Below are positions 15,609-26,624 of a stretch of DNA of 64,000 nucleotides, piece after piece. The notes under the pieces were generated by a model that searched no databases, had not been told where the DNA came from, and worked only from the letters and a program-made list of their open reading frames with translations. A program made the position numbers and the translations under genes. Numbering within the stretch: position 1 is the stretch's first letter; every line of letters begins with the position of its first letter. The DNA is from Escherichia phage AnYang: the sequence record MK234886; one strand, written 5' to 3'.

Positions 15609-17567
15609 ATGGCTACTCCTACGAATTACCAATTAACAAGAACCGTTAACGCTATCCCAAAAGTATTTGTGGGAGCTACGTTTGAAGAAATTAAAAAGAA
15701 TATTATAGACTGGCTTTCTAGCCAGGACGAATTTAAGGATTATGATTTCGTTGGTTCTCGAATGAATATCCTTATTGATATGCTTGCTTATAATACCCTT
15801 TATATGCAACAATTTGCTAACACAGCTTTATACGAATCTTTTATAGGAACCGCAAACCTTCGTTCTTCGGTTGTCCAGGCTGCACAAGATAATGGATATC
15901 TTCCTAGTTCTAAATCAGCGGCAAAAACCACCGTAATGCTTACGTGTACTCAAGCCCTTAATGAAAAGAATATTCGTATTCCAAGAGGCACTAAATTCTT
16001 AGCTTATGCCCGTGATACATCCGCCGATCCATATTCTTTTGTGACGACCGATAACGTTATTGCAGTGCGTGATGTTAATAACCAGTATTGGCCTATTGTT
16101 TCTCTGGCTCAAGGACGTATTATTCGTACCGAACTTAAATACGACCCTAAAACTCCTATTCTTATTCGTGACCCGGATATTGATAGACAAGAAGTTAAAC
16201 TTTATGTTGATGGCGCGGAATGGATTAACTGGACCAACAAATCAATGGTTCACGCTGGTAGCACCTCTACCATTTACTATATGCGCGAAACCGTAGATGG
16301 TAATACTGAATTCTTCTTTGGTGAGGGTGAAGCCGAGAAATCTGTTGCAGGTGGAGTATTAGAAGCTAATTATATTGGCGGTCTAAAACCTGTTAAAGAT
16401 TCTACCATTGTTATAGAATACCTTCGTACCGATGGTGAAGTTGCAAACGGTGCGGTTGACTTCAGTTATGCCGACTCCTTGGCTTATATTACTGTAGAAA
16501 AAATTACTGAAAACTATAACGATGACCCTGATTATGTTGGTGCCGATGGTGGTGGTGACCCTGAAGATATTGAACGAATCCGTGAATTAGCTGTAGTTAA
16601 ACGTGAAGCCCAGATGCGTGCTGTAACAGGAACCGACTACGATACATTCGTGTCCGAACGTTTTGGTTCTATTGTACAAGCAGTACAAACCTTTACAGAC
16701 CCAAATAAACCAGGTTATGCTTTTGTCACCATTAAACCTAAATCAGGGCTATATTTGACAGCAGTCCAACGTGAAGATATCCAAGACTACCTAAAAGAAT
16801 TTAACTTAGCCCCTATTACCGCTTCTGTTATTTCTCCCGATTATTTGTTCTTAAAGCATAAAATTAAGGTGTCGTATGCCTTGAATAAATTACAGGAATC
16901 TGAACAGTGGTTATCGGCTCAAATTCTTTCTCAGATAGACCGTTATTATATTAACGAAGTAGAAATTTTTAACCACGGGTTCGCCAAGTCAAAAATGCTG
17001 ACTTATATTGATAATGCTGACCATAGTATTTTAGGCTCCTCTGCTACCATAACAATGGTTCGTGAGGTATTGAACTTTTTCAAAACCCCTGAATCAGGTA
17101 TTAAATACTATAATCAATACACTAACCGTTCTGTGGTTTCTAGTGAATTTGAGTTTGTCCCTACTATCGTTTCTGAAGACAGTCCTGCATATAATGTCAG
17201 AATTGCTGCTACAGATAAAGACGAACGTGGTGATGGTAAAATTGTTATTGGGCCTTTCCGTCCAGGAGATGTAATTGAAAACCAATATATTAAACCATAT
17301 ACAGGAAATGACTTTGATAAAATGCCTGCTCCTGCAGACCAATCCGTTTATTACGTTATAGGTGAAATTGATTATTATTCAGATTTCATTTTCTGGGACA
17401 TTGCGGCTATAGGTTTAACGTCCGATCGTTTTGAAGTTCAATCTATAGAACTTTATGCGGGACCTGACCAAGATAACATCTTTACAAAAGACGGTTCGTT
17501 AATCGTATTTGAAGATGACCTCCGCCCTCAATACACGACCATTGAATTAGAACCTATTACAATATAA
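15609..17567 (+). CDS. 6: gp6 baseplate wedge protein
   Basis: ATG 15609 with RBS; about 652 aa; synteny. Confidence 0.8.
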   Translation: MATPTNYQLTRTVNAIPKVFVGATFEEIKKNIIDWLSSQDEFKDYDFVGSRMNILIDMLAYNTLYMQQFANTALYESFIGTANLRSSVVQAAQDNGYLPSSKSAAKTTVMLTCTQALNEKNIRIPRGTKFLAYARDTSADPYSFVTTDNVIAVRDVNNQYWPIVSLAQGRIIRTELKYDPKTPILIRDPDIDRQEVKLYVDGAEWINWTNKSMVHAGSTSTIYYMRETVDGNTEFFFGEGEAEKSVAGGVLEANYIGGLKPVKDSTIVIEYLRTDGEVANGAVDFSYADSLAYITVEKITENYNDDPDYVGADGGGDPEDIERIRELAVVKREAQMRAVTGTDYDTFVSERFGSIVQAVQTFTDPNKPGYAFVTIKPKSGLYLTAVQREDIQDYLKEFNLAPITASVISPDYLFLKHKIKVSYALNKLQESEQWLSAQILSQIDRYYINEVEIFNHGFAKSKMLTYIDNADHSILGSSATITMVREVLNFFKTPESGIKYYNQYTNRSVVSSEFEFVPTIVSEDSPAYNVRIAATDKDERGDGKIVIGPFRPGDVIENQYIKPYTGNDFDKMPAPADQSVYYVIGEIDYYSDFIFWDIAAIGLTSDRFEVQSIELYAGPDQDNIFTKDGSLIVFEDDLRPQYTTIELEPITI

Positions 17568-17595
17568 GCCTCTTAGGAGGCTTTGAGGAGATTTA

Positions 17596-20500
17596 ATGTC
17601 TGTGCAAGCGCCTTCCGTTACTAGTTTGAGAATTGATAAACTCTCGGCTAACCATGTAAGTATTCTTTGGGATGACGTAGGCGCCAATTTCTATTATTTC
17701 GTAGAACTGGCCCAAACCAAGGATGCGGGTGAATCTATACCCGATGATAAGTTATTTTGGAGAAATTTAGGTTACACCCCGAACAATAACTGGTTCGAAG
17801 AAAGATTTATTTCTCCTAATTCGTTTTATAAAATGCGTGTCGCTGTAGCTGCTCAAGGATTTGAACAATCCGACTGGGTTTATACAGAAGAATTCGAGAC
17901 ATTTTCTACTAACGCATATACCTTCGAGCATATGCGTGAATTCACTTTATCCAATAAATTCATTGAAGAAAAATTTACCAAAAATAACCAGAGTTACGTG
18001 GATTTTAATAGCGACGCTATTATGGCCTCTATGATGACCGAAGATTTTACTTGGACTCCGGCATATTCACACCTTTCTTCAATTTCCAATTATGTATTAA
18101 AGGCCGACCGCTTCCATGAGATTCAAGGAAGTATCCAAGCCGTTTGTAAAGACCCTAATCGTTCTATTTTAATGGAGCTTGGTGGTGTACTTTACCTTTT
18201 AGAAAGATTCCAGAACACCGCTAAGGTATCTAACGATAAGGCCCAGAACTGGCATTATATCCGTTTGTTTAATGATAGAGTAGGTAATCCGGTTTCACGT
18301 ACGGCTCATTATCAAACAGACACAACAACTTATGTTCTAGGGTATGACCGTATATTTTACGGACGTAAATCAAGTGATATTCGTTGGTCTGCTGATGATG
18401 TACGTTTTAGCTCACAAGACGTGACATTTGCCAAAATTGGTAGTGATATCGATTTGGACTTCGAAATCGAAATTTTCGGTTCTTATGCCCGTTTACCATT
18501 AGCTATTTCTACTATCGCAGAAGCTATGTGTGCTTCGGATGATTTTATTTACGTTGCAGCCCGAGACAGAGTTTACAAAGCAAAAACTACTGATGCCCCT
18601 ATTGATACCGACCCAGGCTCTCCTACTTACGGTGAGAAAATATTTGAAAGTGGCTATTCGACCATAACCGGTAATCCTAAAGCGGTTTGTTATAAATTGG
18701 ATTCTATTCAAGGAAATACCTTTGCCTTAATTACGGGTGAAGTTAAAGAAGAAAGAATGGACCCTACTAAAGAAGAAAATGTGGTTGATTCTGAATCTAA
18801 AGGTGTTTATTGGTTGGATGTTGAAACTGATACATGGACCCGAGTATTTGGTAATACTGTAGAAGAGAGACGTCGTATTGAGCATGGCTATACTAGCATG
18901 TCTACCGATGGCGAAGAAATATTCTTTAGCTCAAGTAACTTCAAATATGAAGTAGAAGTTGATAACGAATTACCTTTAGAATACCCTATTGTGGCCTCAG
19001 CGGTAAAATATGTTAAGGATGAACAGTGGATTCACGATAAACATTATCTGATGATGAGCTTTAGAGCTAACAGTAAATCAGATTTTAAAGAATTCAAACC
19101 CGGTCGAATGGCTTATTATGCTGAACCGTTCTTTAGTTGGTCTAGACGCGACGGGACCCGTTCTTGGATTACCACAAGTAATCATGCAATGGTTGTTTAT
19201 AATGATGCCTTATACCAGAAAATTATTGATTTAAACAGCGGTTCTTCTCCTGAACGTATTATTCGTGAAATTTGGGATAAAGGCTTTTGTACCGTAACAT
19301 GCCCTAATATCGAATTCAATGGATTTAAAAAATACTCTTCAGGTATAATGATTCACAAATCATCAGGTGAATTGGTTGGATATTTCGAGTTCGACTACCG
19401 AGTTCGAGATGAAGTTAGAATAATCTGGAAGCCTAAAGAAATAATGTTTACGGCTGAACTTCAAAACCAAGAGCATGAAATTCCATGGACCCCTAAAGAG
19501 GAAACCGGTGAACAAGACCCTGATTTGCGTCCTTTATTGGTTAAAATGGTTCCTGATAGTTATTTGCTTCAAGATTCTAACTTTGAAAAATTCTGCGAAT
19601 ATTATCTCCAGTTTATTAGTGATGGCTCCGGCACCCATTATAATAATCTATTAAATCTTATTCGTAACCAATATCCTAGAGAAGAAGATGCCTGGGAATA
19701 CTTATGGTCTGAAATCTATAAACGCAATATCTATTTGTCTAAAGAAAAACGCGACGAAGTAGTTCGTTTCTTCCAAGCAAGACAATCGGATTTCTGGTCT
19801 ACAAAAGGTACCGAAGCTTCATATAAATTCCTGTTTAAATTGCTTTATAACGAAGATGTTGAAATTGACATCGAGTCCAAGAACTCGATTGAATATGATA
19901 TCATCGTAGAATCCGACAATATCAGTGAAGATATCGTAGGCCAAACGATTTATACCCCTACAGGAAGAAGTAATGTTACTTATATAGAACGAAATTACAA
20001 AGATGGTAAATTGCAATGGCGTTTAACCATTCACAATCTTTTAGGCCGTTTTATAGTTGGACAAGAGATTAAATCTGAACGCACCTCATTTAAAGGTATG
20101 ATAGTGCAGGGTGTACGCGGTAAAGAATTGTTAAGTAACAATATCGATTATATTAACCGTAACCGTTCTTATTATGTTATGACTATTAAATCCAACCTCC
20201 CTACTTCTCGATACCGTAATGACGTGTTGAGATTTGTCCACCCTGTAGGATTTGGTTTTATAGGTATTACGTTGCTTTCTATGTTTGTTAATGTTGGTTT
20301 GACATTAAAGCACACGGAAACCATTATTAATATACTTAAGAACTATAAGTGGGACTCAGGTCTTCCGTCCGAGTGGTACGATAGAGTTGCTGTAATCGGA
20401 TTTGATGGTAATATAGAAAGAGACCCTAGAACAGGACTTCCGGTTTATAACGTTGGGCCTAAAGCAGGCGAACCGTTCCCTATTCCTGATGGTTATGATG

Positions 20501-20688
20501 CAGAAAATGATTTCTCTGTATTCCAAGGTCAATTACCTCATGAACGTATTAAAAAGCATAGTCCTTTATTTGACCAAAGTGCAGTAACATTTTCAAAATG
20601 GCGTGCTTTAGTTGATGACAGACTTAAAGCTGATATTGGAAACCCTAGAGACCCGCAAGACCCAACTCAGGTAAAAATTGATGATTAA
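17596..20688 (+). CDS. 7: gp7 baseplate wedge protein (1030 aa)
   Basis: length and synteny. Confidence 0.8.
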   Translation: MSVQAPSVTSLRIDKLSANHVSILWDDVGANFYYFVELAQTKDAGESIPDDKLFWRNLGYTPNNNWFEERFISPNSFYKMRVAVAAQGFEQSDWVYTEEFETFSTNAYTFEHMREFTLSNKFIEEKFTKNNQSYVDFNSDAIMASMMTEDFTWTPAYSHLSSISNYVLKADRFHEIQGSIQAVCKDPNRSILMELGGVLYLLERFQNTAKVSNDKAQNWHYIRLFNDRVGNPVSRTAHYQTDTTTYVLGYDRIFYGRKSSDIRWSADDVRFSSQDVTFAKIGSDIDLDFEIEIFGSYARLPLAISTIAEAMCASDDFIYVAARDRVYKAKTTDAPIDTDPGSPTYGEKIFESGYSTITGNPKAVCYKLDSIQGNTFALITGEVKEERMDPTKEENVVDSESKGVYWLDVETDTWTRVFGNTVEERRRIEHGYTSMSTDGEEIFFSSSNFKYEVEVDNELPLEYPIVASAVKYVKDEQWIHDKHYLMMSFRANSKSDFKEFKPGRMAYYAEPFFSWSRRDGTRSWITTSNHAMVVYNDALYQKIIDLNSGSSPERIIREIWDKGFCTVTCPNIEFNGFKKYSSGIMIHKSSGELVGYFEFDYRVRDEVRIIWKPKEIMFTAELQNQEHEIPWTPKEETGEQDPDLRPLLVKMVPDSYLLQDSNFEKFCEYYLQFISDGSGTHYNNLLNLIRNQYPREEDAWEYLWSEIYKRNIYLSKEKRDEVVRFFQARQSDFWSTKGTEASYKFLFKLLYNEDVEIDIESKNSIEYDIIVESDNISEDIVGQTIYTPTGRSNVTYIERNYKDGKLQWRLTIHNLLGRFIVGQEIKSERTSFKGMIVQGVRGKELLSNNIDYINRNRSYYVMTIKSNLPTSRYRNDVLRFVHPVGFGFIGITLLSMFVNVGLTLKHTETIINILKNYKWDSGLPSEWYDRVAVIGFDGNIERDPRTGLPVYNVGPKAGEPFPIPDGYDAENDFSVFQGQLPHERIKKHSPLFDQSAVTFSKWRALVDDRLKADIGNPRDPQDPTQVKIDD

Positions 20689-21685
20689 TTCAACAGTAAT
20701 ATACCGTTCTATTGTTACTTCTAAATTTAGAACGGAAAAGATGTATAACTTTTACAGAACAATCGGTGATGGTGAAGACCAGAACACAATGTATGTATCT
20801 TTCGGGAGAGCCCAACCATGGGCTCCTAACGAAAACGACCCAGGCTTTGCTCCACCTTATCCTGTAGATGATTCTGAGGGCGTAGAAGACGTCTGGACAA
20901 ACATGATGGGTTGTGTTAAGGTTTATAAGAGTATGTTGGATTGTGTTGTTCCTCGCAAAGACTGGGGCGATACCTCTTATCCTAACCCTTTCACTTTCCA
21001 AATCGGTGAAATTGTAGTGGCTAACAGCCAACCTCAAAACCGTACTGATGTTGGTGCAGGTTGGATGGTTTATCGTTGTGTAGACGTGCCTGAATCAGGA
21101 GCATGTTCTATTTTGTCCCTTGATAATAAAACCGAGTGTATTAAACTTGGTGGTAAATGGACTGCTAACGTTCCTTCAGTTAAAGCCCCGGCCGGACAAG
21201 GCGATACGGAAGGTATGGTAGACACCGGTGACGGTTACCTTTGGGAATATCTTTATGAGATTCCACCTGATGTAAGTATCAACCGTTGTACTAATGAATA
21301 TATTGTAGTACCATGGCCAGAAGAAATTGCCGAAGACCCTGAACGTTGGGGATACGAGAATAACCTTACTTGGCAGCAAGACGATTATGGGTTAATTTAT
21401 CGTATTAAAGGCAATACTATTCGTTTTAAAGCATTCTTAGATTCGGTTTATTTCCCTGAATTTAGTCTGCCTGGTAACAAAGGGTTTAGACAGCTTTCGA
21501 TAATTTCTAACCCATTAAAAGCTAAAGCTCACCCATCCGATCCGATCATTAAAGCTGAAAAAGAGTACTATGATGTTATAGACCTCTCCCGCCATTCAGG
21601 TGAAATGATTTATATGGAAAACCGTCCTCCGGTTATTCGTTCCATGGACCAAACAGAAGAAATTAACATTATCTTCGAATTCTAA
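20681..21685 (+). CDS. 8: gp8 baseplate wedge protein
   Basis: ATG 20681 (track start 20678 is TTG); matches T4 gp8 as I recall it, e.g. FRTEKM, RCTNEYIVVPWPEE, MENRPP. Confidence 0.85.
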   Translation: MINSTVIYRSIVTSKFRTEKMYNFYRTIGDGEDQNTMYVSFGRAQPWAPNENDPGFAPPYPVDDSEGVEDVWTNMMGCVKVYKSMLDCVVPRKDWGDTSYPNPFTFQIGEIVVANSQPQNRTDVGAGWMVYRCVDVPESGACSILSLDNKTECIKLGGKWTANVPSVKAPAGQGDTEGMVDTGDGYLWEYLYEIPPDVSINRCTNEYIVVPWPEEIAEDPERWGYENNLTWQQDDYGLIYRIKGNTIRFKAFLDSVYFPEFSLPGNKGFRQLSIISNPLKAKAHPSDPIIKAEKEYYDVIDLSRHSGEMIYMENRPPVIRSMDQTEEINIIFEF

Positions 21686-21688
21686 TAA

Positions 21689-21702
21689 GGGCCGCAAGGC
21701 CC
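21689..21702 (+). terminator. hairpin GGGCCGCAAGGCCC after gene 8
   Basis: perfect stem with GCAA loop followed by TTTCGGGGG. Confidence 0.5.
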
Positions 21703-21711
21703 TTTCGGGGG

Positions 21712-21719
21712 TATAAATA
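21712..21719 (+). promoter_or_regulatory. late promoter TATAAATA for gene 9
   Basis: exact consensus about 27 nt upstream of ATG 21746. Confidence 0.6.
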
Positions 21720-21745
21720 CATTATATCAATAATGAGGCATACCT

Positions 21746-22606
21746 ATGATTAAGCAAACTGGTAAGTTACTAATTGACGTCGGTGAGATTGGTAATGCCA
21801 GCACCGGCGACATCTTATATGACGGCGGTGTTAAACTGAACACCGACTTAAACAACATCTATAATACTTTTGGTGACCAACGTAAAGCAGCCCTTACAGG
21901 TGAAACTACCGGTCAAAAATTACATGCCACTGGATACTATCAAAAATTCGGTGATACTGACCAAGCGGGTTCTGTTGATTTAGGCTCTTTGGTGGATATC
22001 GATGCTTCTACCGGTTCTATAGTTTTAACAACTGTAAAAGGGGCTGTGGGTGAAGGTATTGAAATAATTAACTCTAACGGAAGCATTTCAGCTACTAACT
22101 ATCTTGAAATCCGTATATTGGATTCATTTTTAAATCACCCTACATCAACCTTAAGAATAGTAACTCCTTATACTCGAGTTCTTTTATGGTGTGTAAGTGA
22201 TATAAATGGTATAGCTGTATGGGATTATTCTATTGAGAGTATGTTTGGTGACAAACGAGTACCATTAAATAGAACATATAACATTTCTAACGTACCTAGA
22301 GATATCCCAGTGGTTTTTTCAGGTCAATATTCTTTAGTTAAGCTTTTAGTTACGGCAGTAAATGCCAATGAAACCATTTATAAAGCTTCTGAATATCTTT
22401 TGTTTATGGATAACCAAGCTAAAAAAATATATTCTACGGAATACGCTGTTATCCGTCGTGGACAAGCCACTGATGAAGACGAAATTTACAATCTCGATTT
22501 TAAATTTGATACATCCAACTATATAGTGGCTACGGCATCATCTGAAATCCCTATGAGATTGGCAATTAAAGTCGTAGATACCCAAACTATTGGAGTCCCA
22601 GTATAA
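21746..22606 (+). CDS. 9: gp9 baseplate wedge / long tail fibre socket
   Basis: 286 aa; matches T4 gp9 as I recall it, e.g. IDTGEIGNASTGDIL, WNYSIESMFG. Confidence 0.85.
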   Translation: MIKQTGKLLIDVGEIGNASTGDILYDGGVKLNTDLNNIYNTFGDQRKAALTGETTGQKLHATGYYQKFGDTDQAGSVDLGSLVDIDASTGSIVLTTVKGAVGEGIEIINSNGSISATNYLEIRILDSFLNHPTSTLRIVTPYTRVLLWCVSDINGIAVWDYSIESMFGDKRVPLNRTYNISNVPRDIPVVFSGQYSLVKLLVTAVNANETIYKASEYLLFMDNQAKKIYSTEYAVIRRGQATDEDEIYNLDFKFDTSNYIVATASSEIPMRLAIKVVDTQTIGVPV

Positions 22607-24417
22607 TGAAACAAGAATTAAAAATCGGCCAGGCCGTTGACGATGGCTCCGGAGATTACCTGCGCGCAGGTGGTCTAAAAATCAATAATAACTTTAATGA
22701 GTTATATTATCAATTAGGTGATGGAGATAATCCACACGCTGCTGGTGCCTGGAAACAATATTCTACTGCAGACGGTCCTTTACTTAATGCCGTTATGGGT
22801 CATAGCTATACATTGAATACTCAAGGTGGAAGGATTAACGTTCAACTTCCTAAAGGCACCCCATCAGAATATAACTTTGTAATTCGTTTACGTGACGTTT
22901 ATTCCTCTTGGCAAGCTAACCCTGTGACTATTATACCGGCCCCAGGCGATACAATTAAAGGTTCCGCTGTACAGGTTGAAATAGCTCGTAATTTTGCTGA
23001 CCTTGAACTTGTTTACTGTGCCCCAGGACGTTGGGAATATGTTGAGAACAAACAAGTTAACCGTATCCCAAATAACGACCTCGCTACTGTAGCAACTAAA
23101 CAGTTTATTGCCACTGAAGGCCAGACCGATTTCTTGGATATTTTCCCAGGTCTAACCTATAATATTTCAAGTCTTAGCGTTATCCAACGTGGTAACAACT
23201 TGTTCTACGGTGTGGATGATGTATTTGATGAAGCTACTTCTGAGTTTGGTAGCCCAGGCGCAAACCCGGGTGAATTAGTTGAATTGAACGGTAAAGATAT
23301 CCGTTTGAAATATCCTTGTGAAGCTGGCGATACGGTAATTATTAAATCATATAACGATGGATTGGCCCAATGGCGTAGTTCTTATAATCGTCGCGATATT
23401 ACTATTTTAGATAGAACCCTGACCCATGAAACCACAGTTAATGGTTCTAAAGTAGTATTAGACCTTTCTACCGTACAGACTATTACATCAGCAGAATTAA
23501 ACGTTTCTCCTACAAGCCCTATTAACCCTAATGCTTGCCAGGTAATGCTTAACAGTACTTTATTGCATCAAGCTGGTACTGCAGGGTTCCCTGCTTTCTA
23601 TTGTGAAGGTGTTGATACGGATGATGCAGGCCTTTGTGCAGATTCTGGTGGTGTATGGACCCAATCTAAATCTGATTATATTTTGAATATAGCAGATGAC
23701 GATAAAATCGAGTCATTTGAATTTGGACGTAAACTGGAACATGGTGATATCCTTACTGTAATTTGGTATAATAACGATATCGGTACCACTATGACTATTG
23801 ACGAGATTTTAGATACTACAAATGATATCTACATTTCTCAAGGTCCTTCGGTATCTTTGACTGGCCAGGTTCGTATTACTGATGTGGATAATCCATTTTC
23901 TCCTAACTTTGAACCTGTAGCAGAATCTGAAGTTTCTATTAATACGGCAGCAGTGATGTTTGATTTGTTCCATCCTATCGGAACCATTTATGAGAACACC
24001 GTGAACCCTAATAACCCTGCAACTTATATGGGTATGGGTAGCTGGAAACGTCTATCTGATAGTTTCCTTGTAGGTTGGTCTCCGGATGCTGACTCGTTGT
24101 TCAATGCGAACAATAATGATTTAGACTCTGGTGGTGCTCCTAAATCTACTGCAGGCGGTACAGGTGGTTCTCATAATATTTCCATTAAATATGAAAACGT
24201 TCCTGAACTTAATACAGACGACAATGTATTAGTTGCTGATGATAATGGTCCTATTGTTATTGGTGGATGTTTGGTAGACCCGGATGCCCAAGGCCCGGCT
24301 TATACAAAATATCGTGAAGATAAAGCTACTATAAACAAACAGCAATCTACAACGCCTATTCCTATTGATACTTTGCCTCCATATACAACCGTTTATCGCT
24401 GGGTGAGGATTGCGTAA
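22606..24417 (+). CDS. 10: gp10 baseplate wedge protein
   Basis: 603 aa, synteny, TAATG coupling with gene 9. Confidence 0.8.
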   Translation: MKQELKIGQAVDDGSGDYLRAGGLKINNNFNELYYQLGDGDNPHAAGAWKQYSTADGPLLNAVMGHSYTLNTQGGRINVQLPKGTPSEYNFVIRLRDVYSSWQANPVTIIPAPGDTIKGSAVQVEIARNFADLELVYCAPGRWEYVENKQVNRIPNNDLATVATKQFIATEGQTDFLDIFPGLTYNISSLSVIQRGNNLFYGVDDVFDEATSEFGSPGANPGELVELNGKDIRLKYPCEAGDTVIIKSYNDGLAQWRSSYNRRDITILDRTLTHETTVNGSKVVLDLSTVQTITSAELNVSPTSPINPNACQVMLNSTLLHQAGTAGFPAFYCEGVDTDDAGLCADSGGVWTQSKSDYILNIADDDKIESFEFGRKLEHGDILTVIWYNNDIGTTMTIDEILDTTNDIYISQGPSVSLTGQVRITDVDNPFSPNFEPVAESEVSINTAAVMFDLFHPIGTIYENTVNPNNPATYMGMGSWKRLSDSFLVGWSPDADSLFNANNNDLDSGGAPKSTAGGTGGSHNISIKYENVPELNTDDNVLVADDNGPIVIGGCLVDPDAQGPAYTKYREDKATINKQQSTTPIPIDTLPPYTTVYRWVRIA

Positions 24418-25082
24418 TGACTTTAACAGAAATGAAAAGCGGGTTAAAATCCCGCCTTGCCGACTTTTTAGAATTTTCTTTTACAACTAATCAACCTGCC
24501 GCAGTGGCAGGTCAACGCCCTATTGGTGGTCCATCGGCAAACCAAACCCAAAAAGGCGTTTATTATCCTACAGTCCAAAGTGCTATTGATGATATTGCTT
24601 TCCGTGCAGAACTTCCTGTCAATGCGGTGGTAACTACTACTGAAAACAGAGCACCTGGCTTTATTCAACAATCAGATAAATTAACTTTCTCCGGCTCCAT
24701 TTCTTCCGGTGGCGAATTAGGCGATACGGTTATTATTAAGGTATTCGGTTTGCCTGTTGAAGTTATTGTAGGTGATTCTTCGGTCCTGGTTGCTTCTAAA
24801 GTTAACGATGCTTTTATAAGCGCTATTGCCGATAGTTATATTTTGGCAGAAACGTCTATTGACCCTCTAGACCAGTCTACTTTAAACATTAAATATAACG
24901 ACTACCAAAACCATATTTTTGAGCCATTTAAACAAGCAGGATGCACCATTTCTCAGACCATAGTTCAAGAGCCTCGTGCAGGTTATGGATACTGGGAATA
25001 TTTAGGTTCTACTACAGAATCTATGACAGGTGGAACCGTAAATGGAACAACAACCTTATATCACTATAAGCGAGTAAGTTAA
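24417..25082 (+). CDS. 11: gp11 baseplate wedge / short tail fibre attachment
   Basis: 221 aa, synteny. Confidence 0.8.
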   Translation: MTLTEMKSGLKSRLADFLEFSFTTNQPAAVAGQRPIGGPSANQTQKGVYYPTVQSAIDDIAFRAELPVNAVVTTTENRAPGFIQQSDKLTFSGSISSGGELGDTVIIKVFGLPVEVIVGDSSVLVASKVNDAFISAIADSYILAETSIDPLDQSTLNIKYNDYQNHIFEPFKQAGCTISQTIVQEPRAGYGYWEYLGSTTESMTGGTVNGTTTLYHYKRVS

Positions 25083-26614
25083 TGTCTACAAATACACTAA
25101 AACACATAAGTGATAAATCAGAATTTAAAACATTCGACCCTACCGGGTCGAATTTTGACCCCTCTATTACTAATGTCCAGGATGCATTGGCGTCTATTTC
25201 CGCTATAGGTGTTACAGGTAATATACCTTCGGCTTCTGAAACAGAACAGGGTATTATTAGATTAGCGACCCAACAAGAAGTTATTGATGGTACTGATACT
25301 TTCTCTGCGGTAACTCCGGCCACTTTAAAAGGTCGTTTAGATATTCCTACTCAAGCAACAGAAACTTATGTGGGTATCACCCGTTATGCCACTAATGCTG
25401 AAGCCATTGCCGGAACAGAAACCCAGGCTGCAATCGTAGCATCGTCTTTGAAAGCTACTATAGATTATACATTCACCAATCGTTTAGCCACAGAGAACAC
25501 TACAGGCGTACTCAAGATTTCAACCCTGCCTGCTGCTCTAGCAGGTACAGACGATACGACGGCAATGACACCTCTGAAAACCGCTCAGGCAATTGGTGCC
25601 GCTACATCCGCATTACCGACTTATGCCAGTGCTACTCAAACTACTGAGGGTATTGTTAGAATCGCAACAAATGCTGAAGTGGCAAATGGTACATTGACCA
25701 ACGGTGTAGCGATTTCTCCTTCCGGGTTAAAATCTTTAACTTCTACCCAAGGACGAGCAGGTATTATTAGATTAGCCACCCCGCAAGAAGCTTCTGCCGG
25801 CAGCGATTCCAATATAGCTTTATCTCCTTCAACTCTTCTTTCTCGTACTGGCACTACCGGAAGGTTGGGTGTTGTTAAATTATCGACTACGGTCGGTTCT
25901 GGTGATGGTAATACGGCATTGGCATATAATGCTAACGTTATTTCTACCACAGGTGGCACCATTAATGGTACTTTAAACGTTAATGGTACTTTACGTCGCA
26001 ATGGGCGTGATGTTGTTACTATCGACCAATTAAAAGATTCTGTCCCTATCGGTACTATTGTTATGTGGGGAGGCCAGATTAATAATATTCCTGCGGGTTG
26101 GGCTGTTTGTGATGGCGGTAACTCCGGTGAACAAGGATTCCGAAATGTAGTTGGTAGTAAATGGGGTTCAACCGGAGCACGTCCTGACTTCCGTGGATTA
26201 TATCCTAGAGGCGCAAACCAGACTAATGATGGTGGATTAAAAGAATGGGACGCTAACGTCAGAATTAGAGATGCTAAAGGTAATGATGCTAAAGGTAAAC
26301 CTAAATTAGGTGTAGGCTGTGGTTCATATGGTCACGGCACTGTACAAGCCCAGCAACTTCGTTTCCATAAACACGCCGGCGGCTTTGGTGAACACGACAA
26401 TGCGGGTGCATTTGGTAATACCGTTCGTTCTAATTTTGCCGGCACTCGTAAAGGCCTGGACTGGGATAACCGTTCTTACTTTACAAACGAAGGATACGAA
26501 ATTGATGGTTCAGGTTCACGAGATTCAAGAACTACTCTAAACAGTGAAGGGTTAATTGGTAACGAAAACCGTCCTTGGACTATGTCCATCCTATTCATTA
26601 TTAAAGTTGCTTAA
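25082..26614 (+). CDS. 12: gp12 short tail fibre
   Basis: 510 aa, repetitive Thr/Ala-rich fibrous region, synteny. Confidence 0.8.
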   Translation: MSTNTLKHISDKSEFKTFDPTGSNFDPSITNVQDALASISAIGVTGNIPSASETEQGIIRLATQQEVIDGTDTFSAVTPATLKGRLDIPTQATETYVGITRYATNAEAIAGTETQAAIVASSLKATIDYTFTNRLATENTTGVLKISTLPAALAGTDDTTAMTPLKTAQAIGAATSALPTYASATQTTEGIVRIATNAEVANGTLTNGVAISPSGLKSLTSTQGRAGIIRLATPQEASAGSDSNIALSPSTLLSRTGTTGRLGVVKLSTTVGSGDGNTALAYNANVISTTGGTINGTLNVNGTLRRNGRDVVTIDQLKDSVPIGTIVMWGGQINNIPAGWAVCDGGNSGEQGFRNVVGSKWGSTGARPDFRGLYPRGANQTNDGGLKEWDANVRIRDAKGNDAKGKPKLGVGCGSYGHGTVQAQQLRFHKHAGGFGEHDNAGAFGNTVRSNFAGTRKGLDWDNRSYFTNEGYEIDGSGSRDSRTTLNSEGLIGNENRPWTMSILFIIKVA

Positions 26615-26624
26615 GGAAATAAAA